Source: Gemmatimonadota bacterium (GTDB taxonomy: Bacteria > Gemmatimonadota > Gemmatimonadetes > Gemmatimonadales > GWC2-71-9). From it: a DNA stretch of 43,747 nt. The notes under the pieces are model-generated. The model ran no database searches and had not been told where the DNA came from. It saw only the letters and a program-made list of their open reading frames with translations. The position numbers and the translations under genes are program-made. Numbering within the stretch: the stretch's first letter is position 1; each line of letters begins with the position of its first letter. This document shows positions 20,733 through 30,485 of this stretch, one piece after another. The DNA is taken from NCBI GenBank assembly GCA_003251175.1, contig QKHC01000055.1, positions 1-43,747 of the forward strand. Reading direction: 5' to 3'.

Positions 20733-21700
20733 AGCGCCGCATCCTCGGCCGCACGGGCCTCGACGTGAGCGAGATCGGGTTTGGCGCGTGGGCGATCGGC
20801 GGCAACCGCTACGGCAACTCCTACGGCCCGACCGACGACGACGAATCGCGCCGCGCCATCCGGCGTGCCGTGGAGCTGGGGTGCAACCTGTTCGACACTG
20901 CCGACGTCTACGGCCATGGCCACAGCGAGGAGCTCCTCGGCGAGACGCTGCGCGACATCCGCCAGGAGGTGATCATCGCCACGAAGGTCGGAGGCAATTT
21001 CTACAACCGCGGCGTCCATCCCCTGCTGCATGATCGCATCGCCGAAGCCGTGGGCATGGCCGTCGCCGACATTCCGCCCGATGCGCCGCTCCCGGTTACG
21101 CATGACGCGTGCTTCGATCCGGAGTATCTGCGCTTCGCGTTGATCCGATCGCTGCGCCGCCTGCGAACCGATTACATTGATCTGCTGCAGCTCCACAACC
21201 CGCCCCTGTCGCTGATCGGGCGGCCGGAAACCTATTCGGCCCTGGAGGAGCTGAAGCGCGAAGGGCTGATTCGCTGGTACGGGGTGTCGGTGCACCCACC
21301 GGAGGAGGGACTGGCGGCGATCACCGCCACGATGCCGGATACGGTGCAGATCGCCTATAACCTGGCCCGCCGCGAAGCGGCGGCCGAGTTCTTTCCGGCG
21401 GCGCGAGCCGCGGGCGTCGGTGTGCTCGCTCGTGAGCCGCTCGCCAACGGCTTCCTCGCCGGTCGCTACGAGCCGGACCATCGGTGGGAAACGGGCGACG
21501 TGCGGGCGCGGATGCCGGCACCGTACGTGGCCCAACTGGCGGCGCTCGGCCAGCGGGTGCGTGACCTCGCCGATCGCTCCGGGTACAGCGCCGCACAACT
21601 GGCGCTCAAGTTTGTGTTGGAAGAGCCGGCGGTTGCCACGGCCGTGGTCGGGATGAAGACCGTACGGCAAGTCGAGGACAACCTGAGCCTGGAGACGTGA
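20729..21700 (+). CDS. Aldo/keto reductase
   Basis: [42 protein letters not shown] and PLANGFL motifs; GTGA overlap. Confidence 0.93.
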   Translation: MKRRILGRTGLDVSEIGFGAWAIGGNRYGNSYGPTDDDESRRAIRRAVELGCNLFDTADVYGHGHSEELLGETLRDIRQEVIIATKVGGNFYNRGVHPLLHDRIAEAVGMAVADIPPDAPLPVTHDACFDPEYLRFALIRSLRRLRTDYIDLLQLHNPPLSLIGRPETYSALEELKREGLIRWYGVSVHPPEEGLAAITATMPDTVQIAYNLARREAAAEFFPAARAAGVGVLAREPLANGFLAGRYEPDHRWETGDVRARMPAPYVAQLAALGQRVRDLADRSGYSAAQLALKFVLEEPAVATAVVGMKTVRQVEDNLSLET

Positions 21701-22149
21701 TGCCGAGCAAGACCGCCATTATCGAGACCGCGCGTGGGACGATCGAGGCCGAGCTGTTCGCGGACGAGGTCCCGAGTACGGTCGCGAACTTCGAGAAGCT
21801 GGCCAATGCGGAATTCTACGACAACACGACTTTTCACCGGGTGATCCCGAATTTCGTGATCCAGGGCGGCGATCCGTACTCGCGGACCGGTGAGGGACGG
21901 GTCGGCACCGGGGGGCCTGGCTATACCATCAAGTGCGAGACCGCCCGCAACACGCACAAGCATGAGGCTGGCACGCTGTCGATGGCCCACGCCGGCAAGG
22001 ACACCGGGGGAAGCCAGTTCTTCGTGTGCCACTCGCCTCAGCCTCACCTCGACGGCGTGCACACCGTCTTCGGCCAGGTTCGTAAGGGCATGGAGGTGGT
22101 CGGCGCCATTCGGCAGGACGACAAGGTCCACTCCATCCGGGTCCGATGA
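21700..22149 (+). CDS. Cyclophilin-type peptidyl-prolyl cis-trans isomerase
   Basis: [31 protein letters not shown] and [12 protein letters not shown] motifs. Confidence 0.95.
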   Translation: MPSKTAIIETARGTIEAELFADEVPSTVANFEKLANAEFYDNTTFHRVIPNFVIQGGDPYSRTGEGRVGTGGPGYTIKCETARNTHKHEAGTLSMAHAGKDTGGSQFFVCHSPQPHLDGVHTVFGQVRKGMEVVGAIRQDDKVHSIRVR

Positions 22150-22199
22150 GCGGGCGACGGTCCGGTGCTCGCGACACCAACTATCCAAGGAGCAGCACC

Positions 22200-23336
22200 G
22201 TGAAGCAGATGCTCGTGATCGCCTGCGCGGCCGCCGCCGGCGCGGGTTCCGTTGCGGCCCAGCAGAGCGGCACCTTCGTGATCCGGCTGGGCGTCGACAC
22301 ACTGGCCGTTGAGCAGTACACGCGAACACCGACACAGCTGCGCGGCGAGCAGGTGATTCGCGCGCCGCGCCCCGAGCACCGCATCTACACGGTGCGTTAC
22401 GGCCCGGACGGATGGGCCGAGTCCTTCGAGTTGGTCACGCACAACATCGGCGGTGGCGAGGGACCGGCGGAAACGCGAGCCACGGCGACGTTCACGCCCA
22501 CGACCGTCACCATGCAGGTCCCTCGCGACGACTCCACCGCGACCCTCACGGCAGTGATCAGCGGCCCCGCGGCCCCGTTCGCGATCAACGTCTATGCCCT
22601 GGTCGAGGATGTCGTGCGCCAGGCTCGCAGCGCCGGCGGCGACCGCTTCGAAATGCCGATCGTGTCGCTGGGGAGCACGGCGGCCCAGAACGCGACCGTC
22701 CGCGCCAGCGGCGCCGACTCGGTGATCGCCACCTTCGGTAACATCGGCCCGTTCCGGATCCGGACCGATACCGCGGGGACGGTGCGGGGCCTGTCAGGGA
22801 TCGGCGGGTCGCTGCAGGTCACGGTCGACCGCGTGGACGCGATCGACCTCGCGACCTTCGGTCCGGAGTTCGCCAGCCGTCCGCTCGGAACCCTGTCGCC
22901 ACTCGACTCCGTAAACGCGCGCATCGGCGACGCCGAGTTGGCGGTGCGCTACTCCCGCCCGTCGACGCGGGGTCGCAAGATCTTCGGCGCAGTGGTCCCC
23001 TGGGACCGCGTGTGGCGCACGGGTGCGAACTCCCCCACCACGTTCGAGACCAGTGCCGATCTCTTGGTCGCCGGAATCACCGTGCCAAAGGGCCGGTACT
23101 CGCTCTACACGATGCCGTCGCTGTCCGGCTGGACGCTCATCTTCAACAGCAGGACGGAACAGCAGGGCTCGCAATACGACGTCCAGTATGACGTCGCGCG
23201 CGTCGCGCTGCAGACCACGCCGCTGCGCGATCTGGTCGAGCAGTTCACAATCACGATCGAACCCGACGGGCCAGGAGGGGTTCTCGCCCTGGAGTGGGAG
23301 CAGACCCGGGCAGCCGTCCGCTTCTCCGTAAAGTAG
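22200..23336 (+). CDS. Secreted DUF2911-domain protein with N-terminal beta-rich extension
   Basis: YSRPSTRGRKIFG..VPWDRVWRTGAN and GRYSLYT motifs. AAGGAG before GTG 22200 gives a signal peptide; alternative start ATG 22146. Confidence 0.83.
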   Translation: MKQMLVIACAAAAGAGSVAAQQSGTFVIRLGVDTLAVEQYTRTPTQLRGEQVIRAPRPEHRIYTVRYGPDGWAESFELVTHNIGGGEGPAETRATATFTPTTVTMQVPRDDSTATLTAVISGPAAPFAINVYALVEDVVRQARSAGGDRFEMPIVSLGSTAAQNATVRASGADSVIATFGNIGPFRIRTDTAGTVRGLSGIGGSLQVTVDRVDAIDLATFGPEFASRPLGTLSPLDSVNARIGDAELAVRYSRPSTRGRKIFGAVVPWDRVWRTGANSPTTFETSADLLVAGITVPKGRYSLYTMPSLSGWTLIFNSRTEQQGSQYDVQYDVARVALQTTPLRDLVEQFTITIEPDGPGGVLALEWEQTRAAVRFSVK

Positions 23337-23346
23337 TCGGCGCGCG

Positions 23347-23781
23347 ATGCACCTCGATTTCGCGGTCGTCGCCGATTACGCCCTGGTGGATCAGGCCGGC
23401 AAGGTGTCCGTCCTCGGCATCTTCCAGCACATCTGGGTGCAGCAATTCCCGGCCATGCACCCGCGACTGCATCTCGTTCTGCGACTCAAGGGCAAGCGCA
23501 CCGAGATCGGCGAGCATGGCGTCAACATCCGCCTCGTGGACGACGCGCAAGTCGAGATGCTCGGTGGCTCGGGCAACGTCACCTTCGCCGAGCCACCCGC
23601 CGGCGTCACGGACATCGAGGCGGCGGCGATCCTGGTGTTCGACGTGCCATTTCCACACGCGGGCGGGTACCGCTTCGAGATCACAATCGACGGTCGCCTC
23701 GAAGCCGCCGTCCCGATCTCGGTGTCCCAGCTCCCCAAGCCCGCTGGAGGTGCCCCCCCGCCGGGGCAGTTGCTCCACTGA
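23347..23781 (+). CDS. DUF6941-like beta-sandwich protein
   Basis: ADYA...GKVSVLGIF and FPHAGGYRFEITIDG motifs. Confidence 0.75.
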   Translation: MHLDFAVVADYALVDQAGKVSVLGIFQHIWVQQFPAMHPRLHLVLRLKGKRTEIGEHGVNIRLVDDAQVEMLGGSGNVTFAEPPAGVTDIEAAAILVFDVPFPHAGGYRFEITIDGRLEAAVPISVSQLPKPAGGAPPPGQLLH

Positions 23782-24284
23782 GACCGCGTCGCAGCCGGCT
23801 CCCGTACGCGGCACTGCTGCTGAGCGGTCCGCTGCTGGCCGCGCAGGCACCGCCCGCTCGCGAGCCGCTCCTGTTTCTGCCCCTCGACAGCGCCACCACG
23901 GTGCGTCTGGGACTCGCGGGCGGCAGCCGGGTCACCGGGCGGCTGGTGGTGCCCTACGGACCGGATTCCTCCTCCTTCGTGTACTGCCCGGGGCTGTACG
24001 GTCCGTGTCAAGGCACGAGCACCAGACGCGTACGCACGGTGCCCACCGCCGAGGTGGTGCTGGTCGAGACGCGTCGCGGATCGCGCGCCACGCGGGGGGC
24101 CGTCGTGGGTGCGCTGGTGAGCGCCGGCGGCGCAGCTGTCTTCTGCGCACTCACCGACACCGGCGGATGCGACCCGGCCAGGGGCGGGTACTTCTCGTAT
24201 GTACTGCTCCCCGCCGCGCTCGCGGGCGCCGGCATCGGCGCACTGATCGGGGCCACGATCCCCGTGTGGGTCCGCGCGCCTTGA
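23778..24284 (+). CDS. Hypothetical exported protein with C-terminal glycine-zipper-like TM hairpin
   Basis: The frame is open upstream of the ORF-track GTG 23901 and encodes a signal peptide from CTG 23778; C-terminus GAVVGALV..AGAGIGALIGATIPVW. Confidence 0.65.
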   Translation: MRPRRSRLPYAALLLSGPLLAAQAPPAREPLLFLPLDSATTVRLGLAGGSRVTGRLVVPYGPDSSSFVYCPGLYGPCQGTSTRRVRTVPTAEVVLVETRRGSRATRGAVVGALVSAGGAAVFCALTDTGGCDPARGGYFSYVLLPAALAGAGIGALIGATIPVWVRAP

Positions 24285-24355
24285 GACACGTGCTGGCACG
24301 AGCCGCTGCGCCGGCGTAGCTTCCACGCCCGAACCCGGCCGCTGACCAAACCCAC

Positions 24356-26050
24356 TTGCTCCCCGACGTGCCCGACCATCGACCACCGCCGGCATCGCCC
24401 TCGGCGACCCTTCCGCTGGTCGCACTCGTTGCCGCGGTGCTGCTGAGCTGGAACCTCTCCACCTATCACTTTCTCGACCCGGACGAGGGGCGCAACGCTG
24501 AGGTCGCCCGGGAGATGATGGTCTCGAACGACTATCTCGTCCCGCAGCTCGACGGTCTGCCGTACCTCGACAAGCCGATCGTCTATTTCGCGGTCGCGGC
24601 AGCGACGATGGAGCTGCTCGGTCCGACCGAGCGGGCTGCCCGGCTCCCCGCCTGGGTGTTTACGCTCGCCTCACTGGTGCTGGTGGGACGCTGGGCGCGG
24701 CGTCGCTGGGGCGCCGATGCCGGGTGGCTCGCCGTTGTCGCCCTCGCCACGATGCCGCTCGTCACGGGCTACTCACGGACGGTGATCTTCGACAGTGCGC
24801 TCGCCGCCTGCGCCACGGCGGCGATTCTCTGGTTGTGGGACGGGCGCCCGGTGCTGGGGTGGGCGGCGGTGGGTGTGGGTGTGCTGGTCAAAGGCCCGAT
24901 CGCCCTGGCGATTCCGCTGCTCGCCGTGGTGCCGGCCTGCGTGGTCACGGGGCGCGGGGTGCGGCGCCTGTTCCCGCCGGCGGGGCTGCTGGCGTTCCTC
25001 GCCGTAGCGTTGCCGTGGTTTCTGGCCGTCACCGCACGTCATCCGGACTTTCCGCGGTACGTCTTCGTCGAGGAGACGTTCCAGCGGGTGACGACGGGCC
25101 GGTTCCATCGTACGGCCCCGCCGTGGTATTTCCTTCCGATCCTGCTGATCGGCACGCTCCCCTGGACTGTTCCGGCGCTCGCCCGCATCGCGACGTGGCG
25201 CGACGCGTGGCGGGCGCGACGTGTCGATCCTGCGGCCGCCGACGTCGCGTTGCTGGCGTCGTGGGTCCTGGCACCGCTGCTGTTTCTCACCCTGAACCAG
25301 TCCAAGCTGCCGCAGTACGTGCTGCCGCTGCTTCCGGCACTCGCGCTCGCCGCCGCCTGGAACCTGACCCAACACGGTCATCGGCTGGCGTGGCGCTGGA
25401 GCGCGGGCGTGCTCGTCGCGATCGGTGGCGCCCTCCTCACCCTGCCGTGGTGGCTGCCGGCACCGGTGCGGATGACACCGGAGACCAAAGCCGCGATCCC
25501 TCCGACGGCAATGGCCCTCGGAGGTGCCGCACTCGTCGCCGCGACCCTCCTGGCCATTGCGGTTCGCCGCGCCCGCCTGGGACTGGCTGGCTTCGCCTAT
25601 GCCCTGCCGGTTCTCGTGGTTCCCTTGATCAGCACGAGCCTGATGCGGGCGGTGGGGGATGAGCGCTCGGCGTACCGACTGGCGGCCGTCGTGGCGGAGG
25701 CGCTGCGCCAGGCACCGGGAGGCGAAGGGGACGTGCTGGGCATCGCCGCATATCCGCCTTCGCTGCCATTCTACCTGCGGCGCCCGGTCATCGTGGCGAC
25801 AGCCACCGGGCAAGAGCTCACCAGCAACTGGATCGCCGCGCGTGCCGCACAGTACCGCGACCGGCCGGGCTCGCCGCTGCGGTCTGCGGAAGCGTGGCGC
25901 GACGCGCTCGCTCGCTGTGCACGCGCCACGGTGTTCGTCACCCGAACGGGCGACGAGGCCATCCGCGCCGAGCTGGCCGTGGCGCTGCCGCTGCTCGCCG
26001 TCGAGGGTCGCTACGCCGCATACGGGCCCTGCCGCCCCGGTCCCGGCTGA
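24356..26050 (+). CDS. ArnT/PMT-like (GT-C fold, GT39/GT83) integral membrane glycosyltransferase
   Basis: DPDEGRNAEVAREM, YLDKPIVYF, AARLP, LVKGP, ALPWF and SKLPQYVLP motifs; many TMs. Start may be GTG 24368. Confidence 0.9.
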   Translation: MLPDVPDHRPPPASPSATLPLVALVAAVLLSWNLSTYHFLDPDEGRNAEVAREMMVSNDYLVPQLDGLPYLDKPIVYFAVAAATMELLGPTERAARLPAWVFTLASLVLVGRWARRRWGADAGWLAVVALATMPLVTGYSRTVIFDSALAACATAAILWLWDGRPVLGWAAVGVGVLVKGPIALAIPLLAVVPACVVTGRGVRRLFPPAGLLAFLAVALPWFLAVTARHPDFPRYVFVEETFQRVTTGRFHRTAPPWYFLPILLIGTLPWTVPALARIATWRDAWRARRVDPAAADVALLASWVLAPLLFLTLNQSKLPQYVLPLLPALALAAAWNLTQHGHRLAWRWSAGVLVAIGGALLTLPWWLPAPVRMTPETKAAIPPTAMALGGAALVAATLLAIAVRRARLGLAGFAYALPVLVVPLISTSLMRAVGDERSAYRLAAVVAEALRQAPGGEGDVLGIAAYPPSLPFYLRRPVIVATATGQELTSNWIAARAAQYRDRPGSPLRSAEAWRDALARCARATVFVTRTGDEAIRAELAVALPLLAVEGRYAAYGPCRPGPG

Positions 26051-27882
26051 TGTGCGGCATCTACGGTGCGGTGTCGCTCGACGGCCGCCCGCTGCGACAT
26101 CCGGAGATGGTCCGGCGCATGGCGGACACCCTGCGGCACCGGGGCCCCGACGGAGGCGATGTCGTCACCGCGCCGCACGCCATGATCGGGGCCCGGCGGC
26201 TCGCCATCATGGACCTCACCACCGGCGACCAGCCGTTCTGCTCACCCGACAATGCGGTCTGGATGGTGTGCAACGGCGAGATCTACAACGCGCCAGCGCT
26301 GCGGGCGGATCATGCGGCACGCGGCTATCCGTTCCGGTCGCGCGGCGACATCGAGACCATTCTGCCACTGTACGAATGTCACGGGGCCGACGGCGTGGCA
26401 CGACTGGACGGAATGTTCGGGCTCGCGATCTGGGACGAGCGCCGACGCCGTCTGGTGCTCGCACGCGACCGGACGGGCGAGAAGCCGCTATTCTGGACGA
26501 TCGTTGGGGGCGAGCTGCGCTTCGCCTCCGAGGTGCAGGCGCTCCTTACCTTCCCCGACCAGCCACGGCGGCTGGACCCAGGCGCCGCCGACCTGTACGC
26601 CGCGCTGGGCTACGTACCGGCCCCGCACACGATGCTGGCCGGCATCCGCAAGCTCCCGCCCGCCCATCTGCTGGAGCTGGTCGATGGGCAGGTGACGGTG
26701 CGCCGCTACTGGGACCCGGCCGAATGCGCCGCCGCTCCGGTGGCGCCCGACGCGGTGGCCTTGCGCGACACCCTGCTCGGCGCCGTGCGTCGCCAACTCA
26801 TGTCCGATGTTCCGCTGGGCGTGTTCACGAGCGGCGGACTCGACTCGTCCTGGCTCGCGGCCGCGGCGAAGACGGTGCTGCCGGACGAGCGGATTCACAC
26901 CTACGCCGTCCGTTTTCTGGAGCCCGGGTACGACGAGAGCGATTTCGCGGCCATCGTGGCGAGCCGCATGGGTACCGTGCATCACGTCGTGCCCGCGGAC
27001 GATGCGGCCCTGCTACGGGCACTGGAAATCGTGACCGACCGAGTCGCCGAGCCGATCGGCGACCCCGCGGTGCTGCCCACGTTCCTGCTCGCCGAGGCGG
27101 CCCGCGAGCACGTCAAGGTGGTGCTGTCGGGCGAAGGCGCCGACGAGCTGCTCGGTGGCTATCCGACGTATGTCGGGCATCGCGTGGCCGGCTGGTTTGC
27201 GGCGCTGCCAGAGGCGTTACGTCGGGCACTGACCGCCGTGGTGTCACGCCAGCGCGCCACGCCTGGCAAAGTCACGCTCGAGTACCTGGCCAAGCGGTTC
27301 GTCGAAGCGGCGCTGCTGCCGCCCCTCGAGCGCCATCTCACCTGGTTCGGCGCCCTGGGACCCTCAGCCGCGGCGCTCGCCCTCGCGACCGATCGGCTGC
27401 GGGGCTTCCCGGACGACGACCCGCTGAACCGGATGCTGTGGCTGGATTTCCTCACCTATCTCCCCGACAATCTGCTCGTCAAGGTAGACCGGGCCACCAT
27501 GCTGGCCTCGATCGAGGCACGGGCGCCGTTTCTCGATCGTGCGGTCCTCGAGCTCGCGCTGCCCGCCCCCTCTCGGCGCAAGGTGCGAGGCCTCCGGACC
27601 AAGGCGATATTGAAGGAGGCCGCCCGCGGTGTCGTACCGGCCGAGGTGATTCACCGTCGCAAGCGCGGGTTGTCCGTCCCGGTCGCCCGGTGGCTCAACG
27701 GCCCACTCGCCTCCCTGGCGGACCGGTACCTGGGAGCTCCGCGCCTCGTGGCTCGGGCGCGGATCGCGCCGCTGCTCGTCGAGCACCGAGCCGGAACGCG
27801 CAACCACGCTCGCGCGCTGTGGCCGCTGCTGGTGGCAGAGCGCTGGGCGGAACGCTGGAACGTGGAGGTCCCGACGTGCTGA
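26050..27882 (+). CDS. asnB: Asparagine synthase (glutamine-hydrolysing)-type amidotransferase
   Basis: N-terminal MCGI (Ntn Cys), HRGPD, NGEIYN, ARDRTGEKPL, SGGLDSS, KVVLSGEGADE and KVDRATM..SIEARAPFLD motifs; TGATG overlap with the ArnT-like gene. Confidence 0.93.
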   Translation: MCGIYGAVSLDGRPLRHPEMVRRMADTLRHRGPDGGDVVTAPHAMIGARRLAIMDLTTGDQPFCSPDNAVWMVCNGEIYNAPALRADHAARGYPFRSRGDIETILPLYECHGADGVARLDGMFGLAIWDERRRRLVLARDRTGEKPLFWTIVGGELRFASEVQALLTFPDQPRRLDPGAADLYAALGYVPAPHTMLAGIRKLPPAHLLELVDGQVTVRRYWDPAECAAAPVAPDAVALRDTLLGAVRRQLMSDVPLGVFTSGGLDSSWLAAAAKTVLPDERIHTYAVRFLEPGYDESDFAAIVASRMGTVHHVVPADDAALLRALEIVTDRVAEPIGDPAVLPTFLLAEAAREHVKVVLSGEGADELLGGYPTYVGHRVAGWFAALPEALRRALTAVVSRQRATPGKVTLEYLAKRFVEAALLPPLERHLTWFGALGPSAAALALATDRLRGFPDDDPLNRMLWLDFLTYLPDNLLVKVDRATMLASIEARAPFLDRAVLELALPAPSRRKVRGLRTKAILKEAARGVVPAEVIHRRKRGLSVPVARWLNGPLASLADRYLGAPRLVARARIAPLLVEHRAGTRNHARALWPLLVAERWAERWNVEVPTC

Positions 27883-28478
27883 CACGCGATGCCGCGCTCG
27901 CCTTGATGCAGGAGCATACCCAGTCGCCCAGTCTGCGCCAGCACATGCTCGCCGTGGAGGCCGCGATGCGCGCGTACGCGATGAAGCTCGGCGGCGATCC
28001 GGACGCGTGGGGCGTGGTGGGCCTGCTGCACGACTTCGACTACGAGCGCTATCCCAACGACGCCCACTCGGCCACCGAGGGTCACCCGAGCTGGGGCGTG
28101 CGTCTGCTGCGCGAGCATGGTCTCCCCGAGGAGTCGTGCGAGGCGATTCTCGGGCACGCGAGCTACACCGGGGTGCCCCGCACCACGCCCCTGGCGAGGG
28201 CGCTGTTCGCGGTGGACGAGCTATGCGGGTTTCTCGTGGCATGTGCGCTCGTGCGGCCGTCGCGATCGTTCGGCGATCTCGAGGTTCCATCGGTCAAGAA
28301 GAAGCTCAAGGACAAAGCGTTTGCCCGGGGCGTGAATCGGGACGAGGTGCGACAAGGCGCCGAGGAGCTCGGGGTGCCGCTCGATGAGCACATCGCGTTC
28401 GTGATCGCCGCCCTGCGGCCGGTGGAGGGGGCGCTGGCTCTCGGTTCGTCCGGGGCGCCGCCGCCCCCGTCGGGGTGA
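27876..28478 (+). CDS. HD/HDIG-domain metal-dependent phosphohydrolase
   Basis: Real 3' part of the 939-aa ORF: SLRQHMLAVEAAM, GLLHDFDYE, AILGH, DELCGF and VKKKLKDKAFARGVNR; GTG 27876. Confidence 0.9.
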   Translation: MLTRDAALALMQEHTQSPSLRQHMLAVEAAMRAYAMKLGGDPDAWGVVGLLHDFDYERYPNDAHSATEGHPSWGVRLLREHGLPEESCEAILGHASYTGVPRTTPLARALFAVDELCGFLVACALVRPSRSFGDLEVPSVKKKLKDKAFARGVNRDEVRQGAEELGVPLDEHIAFVIAALRPVEGALALGSSGAPPPPSG

Positions 28479-29911
28479 CCCTGCCCGAGGCTCCCCTCGC
28501 GCGTGGCACGGCGCTGGCGCGCGAGGAGCTCGTCCGGGCTCTCGACCGCGCCGGCGGCGCTCGGCCCATCGCCGGCAACACTATCACCCACCATCCCGAC
28601 AGCGCCGCTGCGCTCGACGGGATGCTCGCCGCCATCACCGCTGCGCACCGCTGGGTCCATCTCGAGAACTACATCTTCCGCAGCGACCGGACCGGTCGCC
28701 GCTTCGCAGCCGCGTTAATCGAGCGCGCTCGCGCCGGAGTGCGCGTGCGCGTGCTGGTCGACGCCTTCGGCTCACTGGGGACGTCGCGGCGCCTGTGGCA
28801 GGATCTGCGGCGGGCGGGGGTCGAGGTCCGTGCCTTCCACCCGATTCTGACGACCCGCCCCTTCGAGGTGTTCGCGCGCGATCATCGCAAGCTGCTGGTG
28901 GTCGACGGTGACGTGGCGATCACGGGTGGGTTGTGTATCGGCGACGAATGGGCCGGCGATGAGCGTCTCAACCGCCGGCCGTGGCGCGACACGATGGTCA
29001 CCGTATGCGGGCCCGCGGCCGATGCGCTGGATCGGGCTTTCGCCCGCATCTGGCGGCGCGCTGGAGCGCCGCTGCCTCCCGACGAGTTCGAGGTGAATCC
29101 CGCGCCGTGCGGCGATGCCACGCTGCGAATCGTCGAGGGGGAGCCGGGCGCAGGCCGGGTGTACCGTGCCGTGCAGATCCTCGCGGCCGCGGCGGTGGAG
29201 CGGCTGTGGATCACGGATGCGTACCTGGTCGCTCCACCATCGTTGTTTGCCAGCCTCGTTGATGCCGCACGGGATGGGGTGGACGTGCGGTTGCTGGTCC
29301 CCGGCGCCAGCGATCTCCCGGTGCTGCGAAATCTCACCCGGGTCGGGTACCGCGATCTACTGCGAGCCGGTATCCGCGTGTTCGAGTGGCGTGGTCCGAT
29401 GCTGCACGCCAAGACGATGCTGGCCGACCACGCCTGGGGACGCGTTGGCTCCAGCAATCTGAACGTATCCAGTCTGCTCACGAACTACGAACTGGACGTG
29501 GTCGCGGACGACGCGGCGTTCTGCCGGGCCCTCGCGGCGCAGTTCCGCCGCGATCTCGCCCACAGCAACGAAATCGTCCTGCGACCACGCCGCGGTCGGT
29601 TGCCTGCCCGGCTGGTGGGCACGCCCGCCCAACCGGACAGTCCGCCCCCGGCGCGGGTCCCCCTGCGGCGGCGATCCCGCTACGAGTTGAGCGTGGCCGC
29701 CGTGGTCGCACTCCGTCGGGTGGCCGGAGGGCTGCGGCGGGCCCTCGCGAGCGTCGTGGCGGCCGCCCTGCTCGCCCTGGGAATCCTCCTGATCGTGTTC
29801 CCCCGGGTCATGAGCATCGTGGCGGCTGCGGCTGCGTTGTGGCTAGCCCTGGGCTTCGGACTGTACGCGTTTCAGCAACGGCGCGGCCGTGAAGCGGACG
29901 ACGATGACTGA
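28475..29911 (+). CDS. Cardiolipin synthase-like phospholipase D (ClsB-like) with C-terminal TM hairpin
   Basis: Two HKD motifs (DHRKLLVVD..TGG and LHAKTMLAD..VGSSN..NYE); C-terminal hydrophobic pair. Confidence 0.9.
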   Translation: MTLPEAPLARGTALAREELVRALDRAGGARPIAGNTITHHPDSAAALDGMLAAITAAHRWVHLENYIFRSDRTGRRFAAALIERARAGVRVRVLVDAFGSLGTSRRLWQDLRRAGVEVRAFHPILTTRPFEVFARDHRKLLVVDGDVAITGGLCIGDEWAGDERLNRRPWRDTMVTVCGPAADALDRAFARIWRRAGAPLPPDEFEVNPAPCGDATLRIVEGEPGAGRVYRAVQILAAAAVERLWITDAYLVAPPSLFASLVDAARDGVDVRLLVPGASDLPVLRNLTRVGYRDLLRAGIRVFEWRGPMLHAKTMLADHAWGRVGSSNLNVSSLLTNYELDVVADDAAFCRALAAQFRRDLAHSNEIVLRPRRGRLPARLVGTPAQPDSPPPARVPLRRRSRYELSVAAVVALRRVAGGLRRALASVVAAALLALGILLIVFPRVMSIVAAAAALWLALGFGLYAFQQRRGREADDDD

Positions 29912-30485
29912 CCCCGCGCAACGGGCAGGGGGTGGCGCGCGTACTAAGAACGAGGCCGTCCTGGTGGCCCGGGCTCGGGCGGGTGATCGGGCTGCGTTCG
30001 GGGAGCTGGTGGAGCGCTACGCCGCACCGGCGCGGCGCATCGCCCGCGCGATCCTGGGTGACGCCGACGACGCCGACGACGCCGCGCAGGATGCGTTCCT
30101 GTCGGCGCTGGTCAAGCTGGGACAGTTCGACCATCGGCGGCCGTTCGCCCCGTGGCTGCTGCGCATCGTGGCAAACGCGGCAACCGATCGGTGGCGGCGC
30201 AAGACAGTCCGGCGTGCGGAGCCGCTCGATGCGCGAGCGGCTTCGCACGACCCCTCGCCCGACATCGTGACGGCGCGACGCGAACTGGATGAGCGACTGC
30301 GGGCGGCGTTGGCGGAGCTGCCCGAGCGGCGGCGGGTCGCGGTGGTGTTGTTCGACGTCGAGGGCTACGGCCATGCCGAGATCGCCGCCATTCTCGGCAT
30401 CCCCGAAGGAACGGTGCGCTCGGAGGTGTTTCACGCCCGGCGATTCCTGCGCGGACGTCTGGCGGACCTGAAGGAGGAGTGGTGA
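29904..30485 (+). CDS. ECF sigma-70 factor
   Basis: ARAGDRAAFGELVERY, DADDAAQDAF, FAPWLLRI and EIAAILGIPEGTVRS motifs. Confidence 0.93.
   Translation: MTDPAQRAGGGARTKNEAVLVARARAGDRAAFGELVERYAAPARRIARAILGDADDADDAAQDAFLSALVKLGQFDHRRPFAPWLLRIVANAATDRWRRKTVRRAEPLDARAASHDPSPDIVTARRELDERLRAALAELPERRRVAVVLFDVEGYGHAEIAAILGIPEGTVRSEVFHARRFLRGRLADLKEEW

Noticed and set aside
26050-27882. AsnB as a lasso-peptide cyclase (RiPP cluster with nearby ABC exporter)
   Set aside because: It has an intact Ntn glutaminase N-terminus (MCGI), and no precursor peptide, B1/RRE or B2 protease gene is visible.
25659-28478. 939-aa ORF that looks like a large fusion protein
   Set aside because: The first ~739 codons are an Arg-rich off-frame shadow over the ArnT-like gene and asnB; only 27876-28478 (HD domain) is protein-like.
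27876-29911. HD plus PLD genes as an anti-phage nuclease module
   Set aside because: The PLD has a two-HKD cardiolipin-synthase layout and the HD protein is a common stand-alone type; no helicase, methylase or cas genes and no island signature.
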